Of a stretch of 64,000 bases of DNA, positions 24,575 through 36,820 are shown one piece after another (position 1 is the stretch's first letter; every line of letters starts with the position of its first letter). The DNA lies in contig NC_092680.1 of NCBI RefSeq assembly GCF_964355755.1, positions 21,275,045 through 21,339,044 on the forward strand, given 5' to 3'. The notes beneath the pieces are model-generated. The model did not search any database. It was not told the origin of the DNA and was given only the letters and a program-made list of their open reading frames with translations. This DNA is from Antedon mediterranea. Lineage: Eukaryota > Animalia > Echinodermata. The translations under genes were made by a program, and so were the position numbers.

Positions 24575-27500
24575 TCAGACCTCAGATGTCATTTCTGATT
24601 CGTGTTTTCCTTCTTTCATTCGTTCAATTTTTGCCTGTCGTACCTTCTCAGCGTGTCGTTGTTTCTGTTTTAATTTCTCCTTTAATGCTTCCATTCTTGC
24701 TTTCCTATTTTCTGCCGCCTTGTCTTGGGTAACATCTATTTTTACTTCCAATTGTTTCTTTTGAGAACGTTCTGATTCGTCTAATGCTGTTTGGACTTGA
24801 ATTTCTTTTCTCGCTGTGTTCAGTCTTTCTATCATTTCTGCTTCTTTCTTCTGTAAGATAATTAAACAAATAAAATTGTTACAAATTAACAGTTTAAAAA
24901 ATAAAACCTAATGCAATATTGTACCAAAACAAAAGGTGATCAACTTGACAACCAACAATTATTGGTTTATTTATTTTTTATTTATTTATTTATTCTTTTT
25001 ACGGTATCTTAATTAATGTAACTAGTCTTTAGTGGGCCTCCTATCACAAGCCCCTTGGGGTTTCTTGGAGGTCCCTTTCATCGTTAAAATATGTTTTACT
25101 CCTTGCTTGCTTTTGTTTGTTTATGAGATGAATAAAGCGATTTATGTTATGTTATGTTAATTATTGATAAGTAACATTTGCATACCTTTCTTCTTTCCTC
25201 TGCAGCTTGTATTTTAGCGTCAATTTCCTCTTTAGTCTTCTTCGATTTCTTCTTTTTCTTCTTTAACTTAGCTAGTCTCGGTGGTGGTCTTATTTGCTTG
25301 TTTTCTTCACTTGAGTCTAAATTAACTTCGAATGCTAGCCCTCCACCAAATCTTGAAGCTGGTCTGGTTACAATCCCCTGACTTTGGAGTTCAGCAAGGA
25401 TGTCAGCGCTTTCTTTGTTTCGTCGTTTTCCACCACTTCGTTTTCTTGCTTCTATTTGAGTGCCACTCACCATAAATTCTACAACAAAATGATAACATTC
25501 TGATTAATTTTACATTTATCATAAGCTTTTTTTCCCCTAGGATAAAATTTAGGAACGTACGCGATAGGCAAGCAATAAGATTCAAGATTCCTTCTTTTTT
25601 TTTTTCAATTTTGAAATGGAAAAAAAATATTTCAATTACATCTAAAAATAATGATTCTAAATCCTTCAAGAAAACGATTTATTACAGAACTTCTTTTTTC
25701 TTTGTTATACGAAATTTAAATTAAAAGAAGAGACAATAGGTGATAATAAAGACTTAAATCAGGCCCAACTTTTAGAAACATGCATGTTTTAAGAAACGAA
25801 ATCTTTTTATTTTATACATACCATTTTAAATTACATTGTACAATAAGCTAAAAATGTTTTTCGCGTTGAAAGAACTTTCTTCTTAAAGTGCTTTATTAGT
25901 TGTGAAAAACACTATTTTTATGTTATATTGACAGATAGTTAAGTTGACTTTAATTGACACTGAACATTGAAGTGACGTCATTAATAAGTAGAACTGTTTC
26001 TGACACTTGTAATAATCAGTGCATATATTGATTGTTTAGTGTACGTGTACACATACAGGTGTATTTAATAACCCAACACTTTGTAGGAGGTTATCTATAA
26101 TTAGTAATTATTTTATCAAGGTTATTATCATTTTAATACAGATTGTTTCTAAGGCGACATAACATTAACTGGCTAAAGTAGTTTTATCCTTGTCAATAGT
26201 GACGTTTTCGAATATTTAACTGCATAGATATTTCATAAAACATACGTACGACCCGTACATTACAAAGATTGATTTAAAGATGTATTGTCCCCCAAAAACA
26301 GAAATGAAGATTAATTAAATTAGACTTTGAATACGTTATTTTCTAGTTTTAATAAAGTTAATCACTTCCGTAAAAAAAACGGGGAAAATAATGTTTTCAC
26401 TTATAAAATGACAAAATGTATGGTTAAATTCAACCAAAAACCCATTGGCTGGCAGCCAATTTGACCATGTTTGCTTTAAATTACAGTTTTTTCAGGTAAA
26501 TACATTTTGTTATCATCCAATTTTTGATCAAAGTGGATAACTATTATGATACATTAAAATGGCATATTCAACAAAAAATTGTTAAGAATTATTTTTTTCA
26601 GGGGGACAATACATTTTTAAAGGTATCAACGTTATAAAAATATACTTAAGTGTTTTGTTTGGATGCCCATGCTTTATGACCACTCTACAGAAGTTATAAA
26701 ACCACCAAATACCAAGCAATGTAACGCTGTATTTTAATATAACCAACAAAAATGCTGAGCCATGATAATGTAAATATTTGACATTTTCGTAATATATACA
26801 TTTTGGTGTGATTAATTAATGAAGGATCCCAGAGGTAGCTAACATTGTGTACATTGTACCGTTAGGATGATTGATCTGTGCCAATCTTTTGTATTATCTG
26901 TTTGCCTTTATTGTGTCTTAACACTGGGCCTTAGTGACGTAAACATTGTTGTTATTATCTATTGACAACCAGTGAAGTACGAAGGAATAGTATATTGGAT
27001 TATAGTACAATAATCCCGCAGGTGTTTTTTGGGGATTTTTTATAACAATTATTGCAAATTCTGAAAAACTTATAAATAATAATTTACGTCATTAAAAAGT
27101 TAAAGAGCTAAAAATAGGTTGATAAAGAGAAAACAAAACGGGTTTGGAAACTGTTATCGTGTCTTTTCTCTTCTCGATTTTAAATTAATTAATCTAAAGT
27201 AAATTGTGAGTTTAGGTCGATGAGAAGGATTTGTTGGTCCCTTATACAATTAGGCTTTAAACTAAATTGTGTGTTGCTTACCTGGTGTGGGAGGTCGATT
27301 CTCTTCTTCCACGGTTTTAATCAAATTCGGATCACATGATTCCGTAATAACATGAGCATAGTCTGCTTCTAACCCACTATCAAATGTATGAGTTGAAGTT
27401 TTACTTGTTGCAGACGAAATACCTCTATTTACCGGTGTTCCATCAACTACAAAGTCATTTTGATTACTGTCTTTCTGCACGATAATTTCAGTTTGAGGTG

Positions 27501-27657
27501 GCTGCTCCTTAGTGACGTCAGCATCTGACTTGTTCTTGGGTTTAACACGAACTAAATTTGAGTTTGGACGACCTTTCTTGGAAGTGGGCTTATTAGAGGA
27601 CCAAGCGTCGCTACTAGATCGTGGTTGTATATCAACTTTCGAACTATTACATCCCAT
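24575..27657 (-). CDS. STMND1: Stathmin domain-containing protein 1-like (~314 aa); 3 coding exons
   Basis: Exons 27657-27282, 25478-25186, 24850-24575 with consistent phases. N-terminal MGCNSSK acylation motif; ESADILAELQSQGIV, GLAFEV, RPPPRLAKLK, EIDAKIQAAEERRK and AAENRKARMEALKEKLK resemble recalled STMND1/stathmin motifs. Confidence 0.85.
26274..26620. mobile_element. TTAA-flanked MITE (Kolobok/piggyBac-like), copy 1
   Basis: TIR TTAAAGATGTATTGTCCCC / GGGGACAATACATTTTTAA; inverted homologous copy at 37768-38083. Confidence 0.75.
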
Positions 27658-27964
27658 GTTACCGGTAAACTATCTTCTTTTCTTCAAAACCTGTATAAAA
27701 CCAGTTAATCCTCACAGATTTATTACTTTCGCAATATTAAGTTTCGTACTTAAGTACAATTTACGAAGTGTATTCCGTGTGAGCACCAAGTCCTATAACA
27801 ATATGTTAAAACGCACGAATTCGATTTCTATACTGAGATATATCCGTTGTTTGGTTGAATTCAGTTTGTGAAGTGACCTACCATCTGATTATCTGACCCA
27901 TTTTAATCGGTCTTGTTCCGCTGATTCCATTGTAACTACGTAAATAATCCCTGCATGGCATTCG

Positions 27965-27978
27965 GTTGCCATGGCGAG
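27965..27978. promoter_or_regulatory. RFX X-box-like motif upstream of STMND1
   Basis: GTTGCCATGGCGAG, 12/14 match to GTTGCCATGGCAAC, ~310 bp upstream of the ATG; second weaker match GATTCCATTGTAAC at 27923-27936. Confidence 0.5.
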
Positions 27979-28723
27979 GTTGCTAATCAATAATTATAAA
28001 GACTGCCCTCTAGTAAAATCCTCATAACACAATGTAGTTTGTTGACATTGTTGATAATGTTCTTTTGACGTCATTGTTTACACGACACTATTTGTTTTGA
28101 CGATATTCGGTCAATTTAAACCATATGCGCTAAAGAATTTTTTTTAAACACCACATTTTCAGAAAATTACAGTCCACACATTGGAGTAACACTTATATAA
28201 AAGCTGTAGGCCTACTCCAAGCTCTTAAGTGTACTGACATAGTTATTGTTTTCAAATCATTACACTCTTAGGCCTACAGTATAAATAGCTAGATACCAGA
28301 TAGAAAATATAATTTTGTCAAGTATAGTACAAGAGGCAAGAGTCATCATTTTTTATTTGTAATTTTAAAACATAATTTGATTTAATGTATATGTACAGGT
28401 TGCTAGTAGTTTTAATAAAAAAAAACATTTCTTTTCAAATTCAACCACTTGTTTGTATATATAAAATAAAATAATATCAATAATTTAAAAAAAAGTAAAT
28501 AAAATATTTAAAAAAAATAATGATGAAAAAAAAAAACTCAGCAGAAATCGAAGCATTACAGCATTCAACATCGAAATAAAGCATGATGTAGATTATGTTT
28601 ACGGAACTCACAGGAGCGGATTAAGCTTTCCCCAATCTATTCCCTATTTCAAAATCCTGGACCTGCCACTGGAAGCGTTTAAAAAATAGTTGTATGAAAC
28701 TCTCCCTTTCCTTTCGTGTTGCG

Positions 28724-30073
28724 AGTGAGTTAGGCAGAAAAACAAAACAAAAATTATGACTTAGACACTTTTGTTATGAGGCTGTCAATATCATCTATAT
28801 ACAAAAAATGCTACCTTTAAGTAACAAAATTTATAGCATCAGCTCTTCAGATTAAAATTAACACTGATGAATTTAGAAAAGGAAAGTAGCAATAAAAGAG
28901 AAAGAATTTGTAACAAATGGGTTAAAAAATATACTATAAAAATGTATTTCTTATTTTATTAAAAAAATCATGAGTCTCCTCTCCTTAATTGCCTAAGTCA
29001 CACAGCTGACTTAGGCAGAAACACAAAAAACGATCTGAGCATGTGCAAATGTATATAAAAGCACTCAGATAATGTACAGAGGGCAGTATAATGATATAAG
29101 CAGTGAGTTAGGCAGATCATAAGTCAGCTCTCCTTAATTGCCTAAGTCACAATGCTGACTTGGGCAGAAACACAAAAAATATAGTATATTGATATAAGCA
29201 GTGAGTTAGGCAGATCATAAGTCAGCTCTCCTTAATTGCCTAAGTCACACAGCTGACTTAGGCAGAAACACACAAAATATAGTATATTGATATAAGCAGT
29301 GAGTTAGGCAGATCATAAGTCAGCTCTCCTTAATTGCCTAAGTCACACAGCTGACTTGGGCAGAAACACAAAAAATATAGTATATTGATATAAGCAGTGA
29401 GTTAGGCAGAAAAACAAAACAAAAATTATGTCTTAGACACTTTTGTTATGAGGCTGTCGATATCATCTTTATACAAATAATGCTACCTTTAAGTAACAAA
29501 ATTTAATAGCATCAGCTCTTCAGATTAAAATTAACACTGATGAATTTAGAAAAGAAAAGTAGCAATAAAAGAGAAAGAATTTGTAACAAATGGGTTAAAA
29601 AATATACTATAAAAATGTATTTCTTATTTTATTTAAAAAATCATGAGTCTCCTCTCTTTAATTGTCTAAGTCACACAGCTGACTTAGGCAGAAACACAAA
29701 AAACGATCTGAGCATGTGCAAATGTATATAAAAGCACTCAGATAATGTACAGAGGACAGTATAATGATATAAGCAGTGAGTTAGGCAGATCATAAGTCAG
29801 CTCTCCTTAATTGCCTAAGTCACACAGCTGACTTAGGCAGAAACACAAAAAATATAGTATATTGATATAAGCAGTGAGTTAGGCAGATCATAAGTCAGCT
29901 CTCCTTAATTGCCCAAGTCACACAGCTGACTTAGGCAGAAACACAAAAAATATAGTATATTGATATAAGCAGTGAGTTAGGCAGATCATAAGTCAGCTCT
30001 CCTTAATTGCCCAAGTCACACAGCTGACTTAGGCAGAAACACAAAAAATACAGTATATTTATATAAGCAGTGA
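28724..30073. repeat. ~672-bp tandem duplication containing nested 98-bp hairpin-bearing subrepeats
   Basis: Large units start at 28724 and 29396; subunits start at 29093, 29191, 29289; each carries TGCCTAAGTCA-CACAGC-TGACTTAGGCA. Confidence 0.93.
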
Positions 30074-30323
30074 CGTCCCAATCATATAGTAGTCATGGAG
30101 AATTCCTCAATAGTTTTTTTTATCAAGAATCCATTTCCATTTATTATGCATATTTATAGTCTACAAACAGGCCAAAAGAAATAATTTCTCACATGTGATT
30201 TATGCAAATTATGCATTCCACCAGGCGTGCCATGGCGCTTCTAATGATCATCTCTGTGGGTTGAGGTCTTTGCAGTAGGACTAAGTAAAGTCGACAGCAA
30301 TTAACCTGTTTTATAAACAAGAC

Positions 30324-30577
30324 GGCCGGTTAGCTCAGTCGACTGAGCGTCGTGTTAACAACACGAATGTCATGGGTTTGAACCCCACGATGTTGGAATA
30401 GAGTTAAAGCTATGCGAGCAACTGTGTTTGGGGTTCACAGATTATACGTCCCTCTTCACCACACATCATGAGGCAATAACATCAATGCATCTGGTGATGT
30501 GCTGGAAACGACCCCGCAAGGCTCTGGCAGGGCCTTAGTGCTGAGGCAGGGAGAGCACATTTAACATCTTTTTTTTT
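30324..30577 (+). mobile_element. tRNA-derived SINE (head resembles tRNA-Ile(AAT)) or tRNA pseudogene
   Basis: GGCCGGTTAGCTCAGT A-box, anticodon arm TCGTG-TTAACAA-CACGA, B-box-like GGTTTGAACCC; acceptor stem unpaired; ~180-nt GC-richer body ending in a T-run. Confidence 0.65.
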
Positions 30578-32952
30578 ATCTCCACCTCCTTCGATCTCGT
30601 AAATGTTATGTTTAGCGCCCTCAATTTTAAGAACACCTGCGTCAGAAAATTACGAATAATATTATAGAACATTAACATTAATTTGTAAAGATGTCTAAAC
30701 CAACTTCGAAGTTAGACTAATCTGTCGTCGAGCTAGGCTAAGCATAATAAAGCCGAATTTTTTAAGTAGAGAAGAAGTCGCACCTAGATACTAAAAGTAA
30801 TAATTAGACTTTTTTGTGGCTCGCGTGCTGTTTGTATTTTATAAGTTTGTTTAATTGCCGTCATGGGCGCGTGAATTGCGTATTTGTGTATCTGTATTCC
30901 TCGCTGGCCCGCACTCACCATGACTGGTCCTGCTGCTTATTGATTTCGTTTCATATTTCAAAGTAGATACGGACGGTTCTTATATATTTTGTTTCCATAT
31001 TTCAAATTTTAGGTGTTATTTCCGGGGACCTAGTAGCTTTTATATTTCACAATTTTCGCCATTCCAGACAGCAACAATTAATTCCCCTGAATCCATGTTT
31101 ATACCTTTTTCTTGTACTAGCCCTCTGAAAGTGTAGGCGGAAATTCTATTTGATGTCAAGGTGATGGAAATGTACACAACGGGAAATAGGCCCGATTGAT
31201 TAAACGTAAACCCCTTTTTTATCACAAGATTTTAAACAATACTTTTTGTGTGTAAAGTGTAAGAATGTAAATATGCTTTCTCGGGCCCACCATTAGTTTA
31301 TGTTACTCAGCATGATCCATCAAGAAATAATTTTGCCGGTACATTTTTAAAACAAGAATTTATAGGCTATACAACATATGTGAAGGCTCAACTGAAAACA
31401 ATCAAGAAAGCAAACAACTTAAGCACCAGTAGAATAGTACGACGTTTATTGATGAAATGAGTTTCGTTATTACGCGCGCATAACTGTATAATTTATCATA
31501 GTTTTATTCTGAATATCGATAAAAGTAATAATGCAAAGAGTGTTAATATTAGGCTAGCTCATCAGGCAATATTTACAATTCAGCAATTGTTGTTGTACCG
31601 TATGTATACTCTTTTTATCCCGGTGTGCTGATCTGGTAGGAGCTGCACTGCTGGCTGTCGTGGGTCCGTGAATCTGAATTTCAATTAAGCTTGAAAAAAA
31701 AACGACCGTGGGCTGTACACGTACATTAATCTAACTTCTATTTAACTGAAGTTTAAATGATGCGTCCATTCGATTCCTTTTTAATTTCAAATAATTCAAC
31801 ATGTAATATCATATTTAATAGAAATGAGATTTTTTACAAGTAAATCCACTTGTTAACTTAGTTTTTCTTTTTTTCTTATTGGTGGTATTTTAACATTTTA
31901 ATGGACATCAAAATACTCTTCAATGCAAACATTATTAGGTTTTCCACAAGATTTTGTAATTAATTTCATTATTTCGATAGGAATACTATATGTAGGCTAT
32001 AGGTGTAAATTAAGATACATAGCATAGTCACTAAAATATTTCCTAGTCGAACTAAACTATTTTAAAAATATGGAATGGCCCATTACACAAAAAAATGTTA
32101 GGAGTAAAGAGTCATCACACCTTTTGAGATCATAGCTCTCACATTCAAAGTTTTCAGAAGTTCTCATTTTGATCATCTTTATTCTTCTTTCTTCCTCAAA
32201 TATAAAAAATCATAAAAGAAGAAAAAAAGAGCTTTCGTTTATCGAGTTTGAATTTCTGAGAATAGAGAAAACTGAAAAAAAAAGTAAATTAATTATACAT
32301 GAAATGAAATAAATCATTATTAATATGAAATAAATAAAATTGAATCATTACGGTGTATTATGTGGTGGTTTCTGGTGAAATACGAAATTACCGAACTAAA
32401 ATGTATTTTTATAAATTAAAACAGGCTATTAAAAATTATAATTAGCGGTTAAATTGAAGAACGGACTATTATATTCCACAATAATAATAATAATATTTGT
32501 TGAAGTGACAGAGTACTTTGTTGATTACTGTATATAAATTAGTATATTGTTATTAACACTTGCTCCTTAATCGGCTAATAACATAAAGACGGCACTGCCA
32601 TTTCATGTAGATGCCTATAATTGACGTTAGATTTAAATTGTAAACATTTTAAATGTGAATTTAATCTTAATCATTAACTTATGTTATTTCACGGCGAGAA
32701 GATTATAAATTAGATTTCTGCAGAATGTCAATGTGTTTATACAGCCATGCTTGATAAGTAGATTGATTAGTATACATTAGGAAGCATCGCAATCGAGCTA
32801 TTATTGATGTATTTGTGAGAGGAAAATGATAGTGTTCCTCTTTAATCAACCATACCATAGTAGAACTAATGGGACACCCGGGGGAGGAGGTTCACCCATA
32901 TTCTGGAGGGGAAACTCTTCTGTTCGTATATGTTTCAACACTACTGTCATCT

Positions 32953-33164
32953 AAAGCGTGGTTCCCACTAGATACGCAACGCAAGGACGTAACGTACGCG
33001 CAAGCAAGTTGACCAATGACAAGCTACTGTTCGAATAATCCATCGCTTGTAATTTGTCAAATCATTTACGTTTGCAATACTTCCTTGCGTTGCGTCGCTA
33101 GTGGGAACCAAGCATTACGTTTGCAATACTTCCTTGCGTTGCGTCGCTAGTGGGAACCAAGCTT
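32953..33164. mobile_element. MITE family A copy with duplicated right end
   Basis: AAGCGTGGTTCCCACTAGATACGCAACGCAAGGA ... TCCTTGCGTTGCGTCGCTAGTGGGAACCAAGC; the right ~50 bp occurs twice in tandem. Confidence 0.85.
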
Positions 33165-33504
33165 AATGGACACTATTATTTATTGTGTCCCAAAGGTAAA
33201 ACCGTAATAAAGGTTCTCTCTAACATTGTACAAAATATGACGAATGAAATGAACTTCATTTTTTATTCACAGAATGTACTGACATTTACCGAATGTGTAT
33301 AAAGGAAATACGTCTGGAAATAGGCTGGACTGATTGACATTGTAATAGTGCTAAAAGCCGGCGATGCACCTAACACACAGCCAGAGAGAATAGTGCACTG
33401 TTGTACCGATCTGATCATCGGAAAGTCAAAGTAGGTGGTTTCAGAATTGTTACAACATTGACATCGGACAGTAATGTACCACCACTAACATATCGGCACC
33501 AAGG

Positions 33505-33660
33505 TAGGCCTAAATCAGGTTATACAGTGGCAAGAAGAACACATAACTTAGGCCTAAATCAGGTTATACAGTGGCAACTGAAGAACACATAACTTAGGCC
33601 TAAATCAGGTTATACAGTGGCAAGGCGTTTAAGAACACATAACTTTGGCCTAATTCAGGT
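33505..33660. repeat. ~43-50-bp tandem repeat, ~3.5 copies
   Basis: Unit TAGGCCTAAATCAGGTTATACAGTGGCAA..AAGAACACATAACT. Confidence 0.88.
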
Positions 33661-33681
33661 GCGTTTGCGAATTGTTTACAA

Positions 33682-34011
33682 CCGGAAATTATGACGTCAT
33701 CATATGGCCACGTGAATGTAACAAAATAGAATCACCATTTTTTCGAATAAACCAGTGACGTCACTGAACCTTAACGTACGGATAGAAATATACGCCATCA
33801 ACGAATGATAACTTTATTAATGACTGTAATTAACATTTAATCTAGTCACAATCGATGAGCGCGTCTTCGTAAATGACAAACATATTTATTACAAAGCGTT
33901 TGATTTTAATGAGGTGTGTGGTACGTTAGCCAATACCATTGTTAGCAATATAAACGATATCTATGGTTATAGCCCTCGATGAGGTATTGGCGTAGTAGAT
34001 ACTTCAGATAG
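33682..34011 (+). promoter_or_regulatory. Putative distal TRPA1 promoter and non-coding first exon
   Basis: ETS-like CCGGAAA (33682), CRE TGACGTCA (33692, 33756), E-box CACGTG (33709); consensus donor AG|GTAAGT after 34011; acceptor before 36816, 5 nt upstream of the exon-A ATG. Confidence 0.45.
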
Positions 34012-34168
34012 GTAAGTCATTAAGTTGCTTGTGTTGTTCAATTTAAGACTAGCTGTATTTTGGTGGTTTTTAAGACGGGAGTTCATGAATGGAAGTTGTC
34101 AACGAAGAGTTATCAAATGGTAAATATCATTTTATGTAGATTATACAAATATCTTATAATTATACTTA

Positions 34169-36087
34169 CTAGATGGTACGCTCGCTTCGCTCGCGTACCA
34201 TCTAGGTCGTGCCCACAGATGGTTCTCGAATACACAGTAATTTCAGCGTAACAAAACTGGCGATTTCAAATGTACGTACCGCAGGACTATAATACATTGT
34301 CGTTTACAGAAACGAATAATTAGACACGATGATTTATGTAGTCAACTAAAATTAGCACCCTGGGAATTACTTCCGAAGGCGAAACTTATCACAAAATGAG
34401 TCCAAATTTTTGATTTGGACTCATTTAAAGAAACCCAATTTGTGTTTTGTATGTAACATTAGGGTTGAGGGATGGGAAAGCGGATAGGTACAAAGAGGAA
34501 TAATTTTTAAATATATTCTTTATCCACTTAGTAACGAAATATTTTTTTCATGTTTTATAGGCCTATAAATAATATACCTCTAAATAAAGTAAAACATTTG
34601 CGATTTAATACTTTGTTAAAACTGTCACTGTCATAATCGATTGAAATATCAAAGTACATGTCACGATACACCACTACGACGTTTATATTATTGGTAATTA
34701 TTAATTAATACAAACGTTGAGAAGGAACTGTCAGTATAAAGTTTATTTTTATATAATAATGTGTTTATATAATCAGTAGAGCCTAACCACAATCTCAGTA
34801 ATAAAGTTTATTTGTATATATTTTTATATTACATCTAACAGTATGAACATTCACAGTAAGAAATGTTCGATTCAAATGACGACCAAAAATAGTTAATAGG
34901 TATTTACAGTATTGTCAAAGTATTGCAAGTTTATTCTCAAAGGGCCCATATATTTACCTACCGTATGTGTTAAACCAAGGGCTCATAAATTTACCTACTT
35001 GTGTTAAACCAAATTCTGGGATGTTCCATTCATCGCAAATCAATACATTTGTATAATCGTATATTAAATCTATCAAAATAGTATTTTTTTTTAAAGAAAA
35101 TCGGCCTGTATTCAACATTATGATGCTGTACTTTAGCTGTTCAACCAGTTTTCAGCTATTAAAAACAATTATCGTAGGAGGAGATAGGAAAATGCGAAGC
35201 CTCCTCGCATTTTTGTGGCGGGTATTTTTCAAGATGAACATCCATTAGACAGTGTATACCACGATCGGAAAACACCCCTATTTGGGGCAAATCGTTGAAC
35301 CTAAATTCGTTTTAATCGTCAATAACTAATTACCTAACTCAATTTAATTAGTAAACAGGGTTATGTCAGATGGTTAAAATCAGTACCGAAAGTATGAACC
35401 AACTTTATATACCATCGAGTAAAAATTCTATAAATTAACCGAGATTTATCGAATTTTGCCCTTACGTAAATTTATATATAGACGCTGATTAAGTCCGATT
35501 ACACCTGATTGCTCTGGTTTGACCTGATTCATTGTTATTGCACACAATTTTTGTTCGTCGTCGTTCAATCTGCTTTCACCTCGGGGTGTATTGATTATAA
35601 ACCCTCATCGATTCTGTACCGGCAATCATTAATGGTGAGAACAATACATTCGATTTCTATTCTTGATTATCATTATTATTGTTGAATCTACGGTAACGCT
35701 TTGTTGTTACTGGGCTACACTGATATTATGACTAAAAACTATTCTTTTGAATGTAATAGTGAATGGATTTTATTTGTTTGCGTCTTAACAATCCTTGTAA
35801 TTAACTATGTTAAGTGAGCGTTCAATATATCATTAAACAAATTTATGCTGGAAAAAGTCACTCCATTCAAAGCTATTCGCCTAAAATCCATCAAATCACG
35901 AATAGGTTGTACGGACATTATTTATTCGCGCACACGTACAAAAGGAACTTTTATACGCACGTGCGCGTCGTCACGGCCGTGTTTCCCTTTTTTTCTTTTC
36001 GCGATGTCATTGCCAAAATCACTCTCTCGAAATGCAGTTTTAAAGAATTATTCTGTGCACTGAAGTCACAATTATATATATATAAGC
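34169..36087 (-). mobile_element. Helitron-like non-autonomous element (boundaries inferred)
   Basis: Minus strand ends in a 13-bp-stem hairpin terminating CTAG|T (plus strand ACTAGATGGTACGCTCGCTTCGCTCGCGTACCATCTAG, 34168-34205); putative 5' end CTTATATATATATAA near 36086; no Rep/Hel ORF. Confidence 0.45.
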
Positions 36088-36820
36088 ATTAAACAGTAAC
36101 AATATTCTGTTAACAATAACAACGTTTTTAATTATTACTTTGCAGTGGACCTAATCAGCCTTAATTAGTTGTAGGAATTGACAGAAAAAAATATTGCAAG
36201 ATGCAACGCAAGGACGTAACCGCGCCGCAAGTAATTGGACCAATCACGACGCGATGGGTCAACTGAACTGTCGCTTGTGATTGGTCAACTCACTTGCGTT
36301 CCTGCGTCACGTTGCGTTCAAGTGGGAAAACTTTATATCATTAATTATTAACATTCAATAAAAAAAAAATCCTTACATATTAATAAAATAATAAAGTTAT
36401 ATATTAAAATATCAACAGATTTCTGTCTAAACATTCATAATGTATCAGTATGTTCAGACAGAGCTACTTTAATTAAAATGTTCTTTTGAGGTCAATCATG
36501 ATAACTATGAGAGTATTTTCTTTAAATGATATTACCTGCTCTTGGATCTCACTCTCTGGTTATTAATATTAGCTAAAAGATTGCTTGTCAATGTTGGTAT
36601 CTCAATGCGTTTCTATCTACGCCGACACAAGATCAGGAATATTAATATAAATATACCAAGATATCCCGGATTTAGCTTGTGATTAGTACGCGATAAGAAT
36701 TACACAACCTTGAATGAATAGTATTTACGAATCATTCTCCAGTTATACAACAGCATCGTTTGTGATTCATTGTAAAAAAAAGGAATGATGATAAATGTTT
36801 TCTGGTAACTACTAGGTGGT

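Noticed and set aside
28724-30073. Regularly spaced palindromic repeats resembling a CRISPR array
   Set aside because: Intervening sequences are identical rather than unique spacers, the context is eukaryotic and there are no cas genes
30324-30396. Functional tRNA-Val(AAC) or tRNA-Ile gene
   Set aside because: Acceptor stem cannot pair, D-loop GG is absent and the T-loop reads TTTG; treated as a SINE head or pseudogene
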